Shown piece after piece: positions 49,952-62,436 of a stretch of 64,000 nucleotides of DNA (positions are counted from its first letter, which is position 1; each line of letters opens with the position of its first letter). Where the stretch lies: assembly GCA_047495785.1 (NCBI GenBank), contig JBLDXI010000011.1:124001-188000 (forward strand), in the 5' to 3' direction. The notes under the pieces are model-generated. The model was not told where the DNA came from. It ran no database searches and was given only the letters and a program-made list of their open reading frames with translations. This stretch comes from Lepidodermella squamata. Lineage: Eukaryota; Animalia; Gastrotricha. The translations under genes were made by a program, and so were the position numbers.

Positions 49952-51015
49952 ATGCTGCAATATTTCACCCTGCTCGTAATCGTAGCCGCTGCGTGTGGCG
50001 TAGTCACGGCCTGCCCAGCCGCATCATCGACAACTCCTTGCCCGAGATCGGCGACTGCAACGGAGTCGCCTGGAACTTGCCCGAATGGCCAGGCGTGTTA
50101 CACGACTTCGAACCCCTGCAACTCTGGATCTTCATGCACTGCGGCAGCCAACGTTTGCGATGCAACAACCAACACGTGTATCGCTAAAAGCGGAGCTCCT
50201 GCTTCGTGTACAGGCGGCCAATCCTGCACGCCTTCGGCCAATATCTGCGATGCCTCTGTGAAGAACTGCATCGCCAAGGCAGCAACCCAATGCCCGGAGG
50301 GACAAGCGTGCACGACCCCTGTTAGAAAGCCATCCGGCCATTTTCATTCAAATTGCGATTATCTCTTAATTTTCTTATCTAACAGACGGTCTACACGTTG
50401 TGTGTAATAATGAATACGCAGGCGGGTCCAGGAGTTAAGCAATCTATTGTTTCATTCTGCACAGCCAATGGCGGGGCATGCGACTCGGCTCTCAAAACAG
50501 GAGCACAGGTAAGAATTATTCCTAACTGATGTAAACTGCGCGATTTAATTGCTGCGTTGTTTCGTTGCAGATACATCCCACGCGGGATCCCAACACTTTC
50601 ACCACATTCGCTGCTTGCTGTTCTGCTGTGAACTCAATCCAAAATCTTGGTCTGATATACGAGCTCGTTCCCGGGTCTCCGCCCGTCACGGCCTGCATTG
50701 CAAAATACGCTCAAAACGCATACGATATAACAGCGCAAAACGGTGATGGAACTCCGAATGCATTTTGCTTCCGCTTCCCTTTCACGGCGACGGACGCGAG
50801 ACACATTGCTGTTTCCGGTACTCTGGTATATCTTTCAGACTGAAATGTGCGCCGATTGTTTCATGCTCGTTTGACATTCATAGTCTGTCAAAGGTGGGTA
50901 CGGCGCCTCTGCAACTTTCCAAGAGTGTTGCGTGAAGCTATCGCCCGGCGCTATCTTATTTGGTACCACGGGCAGCGCCTATGGTGTCACTGGTTTTGAG
51001 ATTTGCCAAGTATGA
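49952..51015 (+). CDS. Secreted cysteine-rich protein, paralogue 2, 292 aa (exons 49952-50320, 50386-50508, 50571-50825, 50884-51015)
   Basis: Signal peptide MLQYFTLLVIVAAACGVVTA; same 24-Cys frame and phase-0 introns as paralogues 1 and 3. Confidence 0.88.
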
Positions 51016-51220
51016 AGCCTCCTACTCTGGATATCGCAAACATCAGATCCCCGACAAAACGTGAAACATTTGACTGTGCTAGCAACTCCAATTAAATTCA
51101 TTTCATAGCCAGCAGAACTTGGGAAATAAGTCGAAATAAAATAGTTCAATTCATCCAGAATTTACGATTTTTTACGCCGGATAATACGGATGATATCGGT
51201 GGGCAGTGATTATTATTCAT

Positions 51221-51386
51221 CCTTGAGGTTAGCTATTCCGGCTTTCGGCTACACCTCGGGCATAGCTACATAGCCGGCCTTCGAGCCTATATCCATCGTG
51301 CTATCCACCAATGATTTCAACCCGGATATTGTATACAATATGCGGGGCCGAGGCACAGCCGAAGGCCGGAATAGCTAGCCTGAAGG
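51221..51386. repeat. Small MITE-like inverted repeat
   Basis: CCTTGAGGTTAGCTATTCCGGCTTTCGGCT..CCTCGG / CCGAGG..AGCCGAAGGCCGGAATAGCTAGCCTGAAGG. The core resembles AGCTGATTCCGGCC of the 227-495 fold-back. Confidence 0.65.
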
Positions 51387-52965
51387 ACGCTTCGTCAAAT
51401 TCGATAAATTATAAATACATTGCGATTCCGGAATTGCGTGTCAAGAAAAATCTGAGAATCAAAACTTGTCGTTCGTGTAGCAAAACCGGCTCATTTTTCG
51501 CCTACTGTCCTGTCCTTTCGCCTCCTCTGCTAAACCATCCCCGAATACAAAAATTCAGCCTGTAAGACGTGTTCCTGCAGGCTGCTCCATTGTTATCGTT
51601 CGTTATATCGTGCGATTTCGGCATCACTACGTATCGGCGTTATTTTCGTCTATTGAGATAAATGATTTGTTCAAAACCCGGATGCTGGGGGTAGTTGGGA
51701 AGGATAAGCAAGAAAAATTAAGGTTTCCCTACAATGCTCTCGTTATAGTAATTTAGCCTATCAATTAGTGCGAGAAGTAAGCAGAAAACAAGCAGATCAC
51801 AATTATATATCAATAATCAATAATCAATTATATCAATAATCAATAATCGTTAGTTAGACTCATCCGGGTAATCCTAAATTATTTGGATTGCATATTATAG
51901 TTAGAGTTCAGATGTGAATTGAGCATGTTGGTCTTTAAAAACGCCGTGGCGCATCAGCACAAATGCAAGTTTTTCGGCACTGAAACTGATCAGTTTGAAA
52001 AATTCAAGTCCAAAGTCATAGTTTAGGTTGATGAATATGATACTTCTCGTAGGATTTTGTATATTTTGTTTCACTGTAGGGAAAATGCTTTGTTATGTTA
52101 TGTCTAGTTTTAAGATGAGACAATGAGTATTTTACGCAATATCATTATTTTTCCCAAAGCTTTGATTCGAATGCTTCAACGAAAGCTGAAAAATTGCCCT
52201 AAATACAGGGTCTTCTCTTTGGACTTTTCTCTGAGTGTTCGAATATCGCGTGACCCTAAGACAATTGCGTTGTTCGCTTACTGGAAAATCCGTAATTTGT
52301 TGGGCTTTGGTATTCGTTTGAGGATGCCTCGGCTAATAAGCATGGGAACGAATGAAACATCTATCAACCACAAAAGAGTTGAAAAAACAGAAGGCAGCAG
52401 AAACACGAATATAGGAAGAATACGAGGCAGAGAAGGATTCATCAAACTGGCCTGATTAGTTCGCGGACGATATACACAAGCCTGAACAAGCATCTAAGTT
52501 TTCGAAAGAGCAAAATGCACAACGGCGGCGCCCACGATCATTAGGCCGCGTCAATTCTGTGTACTACGTATATTTCCACCTGGCATAAATGCCAATTTCA
52601 ATTTCTAATTCCAAGTTCCAATGATGGCACTAGGTCGTGTTGGGCAAAGAGATGTTCAGCCTTTGTTCGGCCACACATCGCATGTGTAGCCCGAGCGTCA
52701 GCTTGGTTATCTCTTCACCGTATCAAACCAAGGAGATTTTTTTATTCTAATTATCATAGCTACTGCATAGCCATATAATATGAGCTAAGGGTTGTCAGCA
52801 TTGAAAATTTCTAGCCTCGCTGGCGCATGAATCTGGTTTTCTGTATGATATCCTCCGCCCAAGTACAAACACTATTTGTGTCAGCTAATCACGGAGGCAC
52901 AAAAAATGGCTATTTAAGAGCTGGAGCAGTTACTGTTTTCCACATTATTATTCGACGTTGAAGCC

Positions 52966-54773
52966 ATGCAATTGTTGACCCTGCTCGCTCTCATAGCTGC
53001 TGCATGTGGCGTAGTCACAGCTTGCCCAGCCTCATCGACAACTCCTTGCCCGAGATCGGCGAGTGCAACGGAGTCGCCTGGAACTTGCCCGAATGGCCAG
53101 GCGTGTTACACGACGACCAACCCCTGCTATTCTGGATCTTCCTGTGTGGCCGCAGCGAACGTGTGTGATGCGACAACCAACACCTGCACGTCTAAAGGAA
53201 GTGGATCGAGTGATACGTCTTCGTGCCCCATAGGCCAGACATGCACGCCGTCCGCCAATATTTGCGACGCTTCTGCTAAAAATTGCATAGCAAAAGCAGC
53301 AACGCAATGCCCGGTCGGACAAGCTTGCACGGCCACAGTAAGTACACAGAAGTAGTTACCTTTCCTCGGTATGTGAAATTATGTAATTACAGGTAACCTA
53401 CAAGTTGTGTTCGTTCTTCCAGACGCAGGGCTCGGCTAGTGTACAAAAAACTGGCATTTCATTCTGCACGACGAATGCTGGCGAGTGCAACTCGGTCTTC
53501 ACAAGTGGAGCTTTTGTAAGGAATGCCGTCAGACTTTTCCAGTCGAAGTCACACAAGAGAGTAAAAGAAATGTCGAAGATAGCAGGGCAAAGAATTCTTT
53601 TGGTGGAGTATTAACACTTCAACTGCCAAAATTAGACTGCGAGATATCAGATATTTGGATTCAAATCCTCTGGGTCTGTCAAAGAACACAAATTTTTCGG
53701 GTCAACGATGCCGAAATTCCTGGCGTCAAAGTGTAGGCCGTGACCCGGCGGTTCTTTTGACACCAAATTTAGGTCTAAAGACTTCAAGGAATCTACTTGT
53801 AAAAACAGTGTAATTTCAATTGTTGCGCCATAATCCGGGTCTAATAATTAGGTCCAATTCTTGGGTCTGCTTTTTGGCTCTAATCCAAAATGTCGACGTT
53901 TATTCGCTATCATTTTCAAAGACCTTGGGTCCTCAAATTTTGTGTCAAAAGAACCGCCGGGTCATGGCCTACACTTTGCCGTCGACCATTTCGCCCTCCG
54001 ACGCATCGTTGACCCGAAAAAAGGACTTTTCGACAGACCCAGGATTTGGATCCAAATATCGGATCTCGCAGTCTATTTTTGGCAGTTAGAGTGTTAATGA
54101 ATTGTTTGCAAATGGCACACTGCGGTAGTCGAATTATATGGACGATGTCATGACTTATAATATGGCTTTCGCTTCGTTTTCGACTTATTTCAAATTGTTC
54201 ACTGCCCTGTCGTCTTCGGGATTTCCTCTGCCCAAGTTGTTGGCAAGCTCCGACCGAGAAAACTTGAATGCAACTTGAGTGCAACTCGAATTTATAGCTT
54301 ATTTTTCTTTTCAGGCCACACCTAGCAATCCAAATACGTTTCCGACGTTTACAGGCTGCTGCACTGCAGCGAAGGGAACTAGTTCTCTCATTTACGAGGT
54401 AATTCCTGGTACGCCGCCTGTAATGGCGTGTATTCAAAAAGCGGATAGCGACAACCCATATAAAATAACCGCTGAAACGGCTGATGGAAAAATCGGTGGT
54501 TCTCCTAGCGCATTGTGCTTCCGCTTCCCTTACACTACGTCTGTCGGAACTTACGTTGCTGTCACGTCTGGCGTAGGAGTTTTTGACTAACAAACCACGT
54601 GATGTTGTATCCTATTTTCTTGTTGATTTCAGACCACAAAAACCGGTGCGTACAACGCTGCAACTTTCCAAGAGTGCTGCGGGCTTCTATCTCCGGCTCC
54701 GACGGTGACCTATGCATCGACAGGCACTGCTTACGGCCTCACTACTTTCGAAACGTGCACGTCCAGAGTATGA
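52966..54773 (+). CDS. Secreted cysteine-rich protein, paralogue 3, 297 aa (exons 52966-53337, 53393-53515, 54315-54572, 54633-54773)
   Basis: Signal peptide MQLLTLLALIAAACGVVTA; same 24-Cys frame; intron 2 is expanded by a TTAA-flanked MITE. Confidence 0.88.
53615..54093. mobile_element. TTAA-flanked (piggyBac-like) fold-back MITE in intron 2 of paralogue 3
   Basis: TTAA at 53611-53614 and 54094-54097; ~160-bp imperfect arms CACTTCAACTGCCAAAATTAGACTGCGAGAT.. / ..ATCTCGCAGTCTATTTTTGGCAGTTAGAGTG. Absent from the homologous intron of paralogues 1 and 2. Confidence 0.82.
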
Positions 54774-55614
54774 AGCTTACGCACATTGAAACGCCTGCAA
54801 ATTTGAACTTGAGCCTATTTTTGTTCGGCCGGGTTTTTCCAAGCCGAGGCGACTCCTTCCTTTTCGATTGTCACCGCTGTATGACAGTAAGGTGCCCATC
54901 ATATTTTGCAGAGACTTTGATTTGATTTGATTACTTCATTCTTCAGTAAATTCCATTCTTTGTAAATCAATCATTTCCAATCAAATCCCTCAAAACTCCA
55001 TAGATGGGCAAATCAAATCAAATCAAATCTTTTGCGTGGAAAAACATGAGTATTGGGGTACATTTCTAAGGATTCTATCACATTTTAAGGTTGGTTTTGG
55101 CCGGACATCAGGTCTAAAAGAGGTTTAATGGCTCCGGTGTTGTGGGAAAAGGTGCAGTAACAGTTGGGTTACTTTCCATGTTCAGTAATAGGAGGAATCC
55201 CGAGAGATTTAGATTACAGCAGTAATTCAACGGGGCTTAATCAAGATCTAATCAAATCTTCGTAAACTTTTTGTAAATAGAATCGTCAGTAAATAAAATC
55301 ATCAAAACTTGGCCTCGTTACCTACATTTTCTCATTCATTTTGCCATCTTTTTCTGACCAGGCACACATTCACATTTGCGCTTTACAACAAAATTATGCA
55401 TAGAATTATTCGTAATTTGTTATATCAGTGTTATATCAGGCTACGCAGACCTCTGTGTGACTTCTAAGTCGGTTCGAACATCACCGACGAATTTCTCTAC
55501 ATCACCTAGAATAGTGACCCGGATTGTTCCGTTTTAAAACGACTGCCAGACTTTTGAGAGCCATCATAACTTGTTCAGATGAACGTAGCCAAAGGGATAC
55601 CGTAAATTGGGCTC

Positions 55615-56026
55615 CCTCCCTAGAATGGTGCAAGTAAAACATAGCGAACATTTACCTATACCGTAAATTGGGCTGACTTTGGCATGTCAACAATTGAATG
55701 TGGCGAGGTAAAGAGGGGGTACCATTGGCATATGACTTTGATTTGAATGAGACGGATTCGCTTGAGACGCAAGCGGAAGTTCGACCGAACTGAATGATTT
55801 TGAATATTTGTACCTTATTTTGCCTGTAATGTCATGTCACGAAATGATTTTCGTTAATGTATTAGGAAGAGGTCCAGACTCGCCTTTTCTTGGGCTATCC
55901 AACGGTACCCCCGCACCCTCATGGGGTCTTTACCTCACCACATTCAATTGTTGACATGCCAAAGCCAGCCCAATTTACGGTATAGGTTAATGTTCGCTAT
56001 GTTTTACTTGCACCATTCTAGGGAGG
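55615..56026. mobile_element. Fold-back element with ~100-bp near-perfect arms
   Basis: CCTCCCTAGAATGGTGCAAGTAAAACATAGCGAACATT..TACCGTAAATTGGGCT..CAACAATTGAATGTGG and its reverse complement ending at 56026. An extra TACCGTAAATTGGGCT copy lies at ~55598. Confidence 0.8.
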
Positions 56027-56955
56027 TTGGAGGAGTGTGTGGCGAATTTGCCTGTTGATTTTTGGCGGTCGATCTTGGCTTTTTAGGGGGCAAACTTGAA
56101 TCACAGCAGTATCTTCGGTAAAACTTGGAAACAAATCAACATTTTGTAGTTTAACTTTCTCTCCGATTTATTTTGTCAACTGTTTCTGGCCATGTTGCTG
56201 TGATGATATTCACGTTATAGCGCTGTACAAAATTATATAGAATATTCCGTAATTAATTATAATTATTTACAACGATGAGTGCTAGAGCTTTCGCAGAAAG
56301 TTGAATAAAACATCAGGCGTTGTATATCGATTGTTGTCATTCTTTTTACAGGCTAAGAATATTATTGTTCTATACAGATTCTTTACAGATCATCGTTTGA
56401 CGAGTATTCAAGCTATGTATTGTTCAAATTGATTGTCATTGTCGCAGTTCAAGCTTCAGACTAATTTTTCTTCATCATCGACAACAACAAAAGCGAGAGA
56501 GAAAAATAGATCAATTTTAGTACAAAAAATAGTATGTAATCGAATAATTTCTGTAGAATTGCTCAAATTGTCGCTATATTGTCTGAATTTTATATCACAC
56601 GATGATGTTTCTGTGGCAGAATTGTTATTAGTAGCAACGATCAGATAATTTATTATTTTAAATTTGTTAGGCAACCTTTACGAGACAGCAAAAAATCGCT
56701 AAAATCGTTCATTTTTTAATAGTGATTTTTTTAATTTCCAGAATTTTTTGACGTCTCGTTTTAGCACTTGGGTGTAATTTTTCATTTTTTGTTTATGTTT
56801 CAGTTGTTGAAAAGGCCTCGGATCGTTTAATAGTAGCTTCACTTTCAGTTGCATAGCGGCTGCGCTTGCTCGCAATAATAAATTAGTTAATTAATTAATT
56901 AATTATAGCAATAATCTATTAATTTTTTTCTATCATCTAACGATCGAATATCGAA

Positions 56956-59900
56956 TCAGGCCTCCTCGGCGGCGATGAAGCCCTCCTCGTCGGTGACGAC
57001 GCTGATGTTGAGGTAAGTGATCCAGTAGAGAATGTTGAAGCAGGCGAACACGGTCGGGAACACGATGCGCGAGTACTTTTCGATGTCCGACGCCTTGGCG
57101 TCCACGCAGCGGCAGTAGTCGCAGCACGTCGCCGACCCGCCGCCCGACCGCCCGCCGCCGCCGTCCGACGACCCGCCGTCCGAGTCGGCCGAGTCGACGC
57201 CGGGCGCGTGGCTGTGGTGGTGATGCGTGCTGCCGCCCAGGTCGGAGTCGCCGCCCCCGTAGCCACCCCCGCCTCCGCCGCCGACGCCCATCGCCTTCGA
57301 AACAACGACCTGCGACGCGTCCGGTGACGGCATCGACACCAACACGTTGGGCCGATTCTGCGGAGCAAAAAAATTAAATTTTCAACAATTTTCAAAAATA
57401 TTTTGAATTTTTTAAAAAATTTCAATTAAATTATAAAAAATCACGAATCATCAAAACGTTAGGGTTTTAAAATACAGGGTTGCATTCGATCAAGGCCATA
57501 CAATTTTTTAATTATTTTGAAAATAAAACGAAAATGCGAAAAAGCTATATTAGATAGTATAGGTTCATCTCACGAGAATTCAGCAGAAAATTGGAAATAT
57601 TACAGCAGTGGAATAAAATCAACTCTCAATGGCGATGAATCAAGTATATTGGAACATAGAATCGAGCCGAAATGTCGCAGTGCGCAGGCTCGGAGAGATT
57701 TGGAAAAATTGAAAAAAATAAAAAATAATTTCAGCAGAAAAGGAAAAATTGCCGAATATTTAAACATATTCATTTAGGATGTAAATACAGTCTCAATTCT
57801 AGCCGAAATTTCGGAATCAAATTCGACCGAAAGCCACATAAATATTCTTGGTAATTAAAACGATCAAGTTGAAAAAATCTAAAATTTTAGAATAGCCATT
57901 TACGAGCTTTTGAAGACTGTTTTTCATTTTTCTATCAGATAATTCGTCTTCAGAATTTTTTCGATTTTTCAAACCTATTTTTCAGTTGAGGAAAATTTGC
58001 GAAAATAAGAAGCAAAATGGGGTCAGAAACTGAAAAGAATATTCTCAGAGCATGCAAACTGAAATAGCAGATAAATCAATAACTGAAAATAGGGGCGAGC
58101 ATGAAAAATTAAATCAGGGGTTTTATAAGAGAGTGGGGTATAATATACAATTTGTTAGTCATGATTAAAATTACCAGCATAAAATTCGGCCGCAGCTTTA
58201 ATAGTTTACAACATTAAAATTAAGAGAAGAATTAGAAATTAAATCGAAATGAAAAAAATGCTTCATGCTATTATCAAAATTAGTATACAATAAATTCAAT
58301 TTAATTACGAAATATTATTTTATATTACTGGAAAAATGGAGAAATTACCGTATCGTCAAAGTCAAAAGCACCGGCTGGTTTGCTGCGATTCGTTAGGAAT
58401 GACCCGTTGTTGTTGTTGTTGTTGCTGCCTAGTTTATGCTGCTGGCCCGTGTCGATGCCGGCTGAAAATGAGCCCGACAACGGCGCGTTTTCGTTGTTCT
58501 GCGACAGCGTCCGCGACCGCCCGCCGTTCGAATGCGTTCGGTACCGGTTGTTGCTCGCCTGGCTCTTGCTGCGCCCGTGCGCCCCGACGCCGCCGATGCC
58601 GCCCAGCCCACCGTTGCCTAGCTTATTCGTCTTCGTCTGCAACATCTGCAGGAGAAAAAACCAGAAATATTTAAGAATTTAAGAAAAAATGTTAAAATTC
58701 AATAAAATTCAAAAAGTTCAATTTTCGAATATTTTCCAACACTCCCACTTGATATTGGCGAAAATCTTACGAAAATAAAAAATGTAGTCTTCATCTACCT
58801 GAATTCGGATATTTTATAGCGGATCAGTTCAACAGAGCTCAATTAAACTTTAGGGTACCAAAATGGTACCGAGTAATTTTTGAAAGGATCCGAAATTTTG
58901 CAGCCTAAAATTGAGGTTCAGCAATAAAATTGAGCATTCCGGCTCCAGTTTCGACAAATTCTTTGCAATTTTTAATTGTTCTCGTTTCTTGATGGTTTTC
59001 AAGCCGGGATAGCAGGAAATCAAGAAAATATATATATATGGGGAAAATCTAGATTTGCTGTCTCAGACTTAACGCTGAAAACCTCGATTCAGAGGTCATA
59101 TTTCTCAGGCTCATTTTTTTACAATTTTTCGAATAATCGAAATGTATTCTTCACGTGATAATAAAGCGAAAGGGAAGTTTTACTTGGAATTTTTATAATT
59201 CATAAAAAAAACCGGATTTCCAAGTTTCGCGGAGCCGAAATAGCCTGTTCTGGCACCAAATTTCACTGAAGAATTCGTCCAGAATGGGGTTAGGGTTGGG
59301 CCTTACTGATTCTAACCCTAACCCTAACCCTAACCCTCGTTCAGGAAGGCCGTTTCTAAATTAATTTTGAAATTCAGGATAAAATGTAAAAATAATTTCG
59401 AATTTGATTGGTTGAAGGTGGAAATATTCTATTTTGATACAATATTTTCGAAATTTTACAAAAATTCGATTTAGCGAACCTTGCACCGTTTGCCGGTGTA
59501 CGTGACAGCGGCGTATTCGAGGAGGGCAGCGAAGACCATGATGAAGCACGACACCAGGTACACGTCGATCGCCTTCAGGTACGAAATTTTCGGCAGCGAC
59601 GCGTTCGTACTCGATATCAGCGTTGTCATTGTCAGCACAGTAGTGATACCTGAAGAAAATTCGTAAAAAATTATTAATTAAAATATTTTCAAAAAAATTG
59701 CGAAAAAAATATTTTATCAGCGGGTTTAAAAATAAATGTATAAATTAAATAAAAGTAAATGGTGTCATACATACCAAGCGAAACGCGAGCCGGCGCTGAT
59801 TCTCGGTTAATCCAAAACGAAACAAGGCTCAACATGACAATGAGCGACGACGGAACGTAAACTTGAATCAGGTAATAGCCAAGGCTGCGCTCGAAATAAA

Positions 59901-62436
59901 TTTCAACAGCAAGCCGAGAATAGTTGCCTATATAGAATGGTAGTACAACAAGCGCACAATAGTCATAATTATCAATCAATCAATCAATCGAATATCGATC
60001 ATCTCATAAAAAATTTTAAGAAATAAAAATAAATTGAAGCAATTTTTTCCAGAGAATTTATTTCCTAATTATAAATCATGCATTAAAAAAGCGTGTATGG
60101 GGGGGTCATCCATTATCATTTCAATCAGCCTGTGAATATATTTGGCGAATATTGGCGAACCTAGGCTGACCCGGGCCGGGGCGGACTCGCGACTTATCCA
60201 AAAGGACACGAAGCTCAACAGCACGATGAGCGTCGATGGCACGTAAACTTGGATGATGTAAAATCCGATCGAGCGCGAGAAATAGATCATCACGCCAAGC
60301 CGTGAATAATTGCCTTTTTTACGTTTCACACATTTTTAGAAAAAAATGTCAATCGAAATATAAAGAGAATCATGGAAAGTTAGAAAAATTCGATTGAAAA
60401 AAAAGAAAATTTGATTTAAATTCGAATTTCCTGAATTTTTCGAAATTTAAAAAAAATTGAAATTTTAAATTATTATTTTAAATTATTACTTTTCGATTTT
60501 CTTCCATTTTTTAAAGGTCATAGTTAATAAGATGCAATAAAGCCGGGGTTTCTATTGATTAATAAATTTTTATTAGGTTGCTAATATGACGTACCTGTGC
60601 TGAGTTCGATGTGGCGCGTGACCTCGCGGTGGCCGCGGACGCGGAACTGCGGCAGTTGCACCTCGGGCGCGAAGGCGACGGAGGCGATGGGCGCCTTCGC
60701 CCAGCGGTACGTTATATCACGGGTTGTGTAGCCGAAGCTTTCGATTTCCAGTGAGCATCGTTGCGAGTCCATCGGGAAATACCTTTCGATTTTTTTCGAA
60801 ATTTTATTTATTCAACAGGTATCACCATTTATTGACTTACGTAAAATCCATAGGACACGAAGCAGTTACGGTAAGGCGAAGGCTTTGCGTTACATTTCCA
60901 ACAGGCGTTATTCGTAAAAATGTATTGAGCATTGTGATTTGGTGGAAGAAAGCTTGTTTAGCCTACAAAAAAATCAATAAAATTTCATGAGATCAATCCA
61001 AAAAAATTCAAATTTTAAGAAAATTTCAAAAATGGTACTAAACTTTGGATTTTTTAATTAAAATTTTCTGAAATTTTTTGAAAATTCCGCATATTTCGCG
61101 TAAAATCTCATAATTTTTCCATGAATTTTTTTTACGCAATTTTTCAGGCTTACGTTAACAAAGAAAGTATCGGGTCGCCAGATTTCGCGCATGAACTCGC
61201 CGCCGATGACGAGCTCCTCGTCCCACATGCCGTCGAAGCCGAGGCGCGGGTCCTGCCAGAACTGGCGGAAGTAAAAGTCGAGCGTCACGTCCATGTTCAC
61301 CTCGCTCACCGACGACACGCCGCTGATGAACAGGGTGAGGCCGACATTGACCGGCCGGCCTTTGTAGTTGGGCCGGATGCGCTTGTCGTAGCCTTTGTTC
61401 GTTATTATATGCGTTATCACCTGTAGTAAAATTGCAGTATATAATATATAGTAGCAGTAGTAGTAAAAGAGTAGTAAATTATACGTTTAATAGGCAAGAA
61501 TATTAATTTGTTGTTTTAGCCTCTTCATTCATTCATTCAAAAAATAGTCATTATACTTAATGAGTATCACTTATCACGTTAAAATTGAAGTAAATAAGCT
61601 AATATTAAAAAACGGTTTTTTCCTGAAATATTTTGGAGAATATTGTGAACAAAACATCATTTCTCGAAAATTTTCAAAATTTTGAAACTAAATTTTGTTA
61701 TCACCATCTGAAATTGAAAAGCCATTTTCGAATATTCGATACCTGACTTTCAGCAGTTCTGGGGTCGAAATGAGCTTTTTCGAATTTTTAAAAAATTTTA
61801 AATTTTTTAAATTTTAAATTTTAAATTTTATTTTATTTCCCAATAAATTTTTTAAACATTTCAATCGCCATAATTTTGACCCAAAAATGTCGGCAATTAT
61901 TTGCATTTTCTATTAAAATTGCCGGCAAAAAAATCGCATTTGAGAAATCGAAAATGCGAGTCAAATATCAGAGGTCGAAGCTGAAGTATACTACATACCT
62001 TAGACACATTTGGGCCGTAGTCGATTTCGCCGGTCGCCGTCAGCGGGTACGTCGGCTTCGGCTTTTTAACCGGCGTCGGCGCGGGAGTCTGCTGGCCATT
62101 CGCCGACAACTGGCGCTTTTGCAACCGGCCACCGCCCTGCTGCTGCTGAGCTGCTGCTGGTTGATGCTCTGCGGCGATGGCGTCGAAGTACACGTCATCG
62201 TCAACCGCCGTTGTCAACACGTCGTGCCGGTCGAAAAACTCTTTCGGCGAGCGAATCTCCGGCCGTTTGCGCGCTGCCTCGCTGCCGGGCAAATCACCGA
62301 TGCACAGGATCAGAAGTAGCAGCAGCGACACGCCAAACGATAGCAGCAATTTGCGGCGACGAGTATTACTCGGTTGTAGTACTGGTTTCAAGTGAACGAC
62401 TGCTGCTGTTGTTGATGTTGGGATCGTTGCGGTCAT
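56956..62436 (-). CDS. Rdl-like: Cys-loop GABA-gated chloride channel subunit, Rdl-like, ~678 aa (exons 62436-61999, 61420-61154, 60962-60841, 60782-60595, [60313-60161 or 59927-59775], 59649-59480, 58645-58349, 57357-56956)
   Basis: [32 protein letters not shown], Cys-loop [22 protein letters not shown], anion-selective PAR motif, TM2-3 [29 protein letters not shown]4 [21 protein letters not shown]. Splice phases are consistent. Orthology to Rdl is inferred from motifs, not a tree. Confidence 0.9.
59286..59337. repeat. Interstitial head-to-head TTAGGG/CCCTAA repeats
   Basis: GGGGTTAGGGTTGGG..CTAACCCTAACCCTAACCCTAACCCT within an intron of the channel gene. Confidence 0.8.

Noticed and set aside
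53916-54593. 225-aa minus-strand ORF
   Set aside because: Antisense to exon 3 of paralogue 3 and runs through a MITE; spurious.
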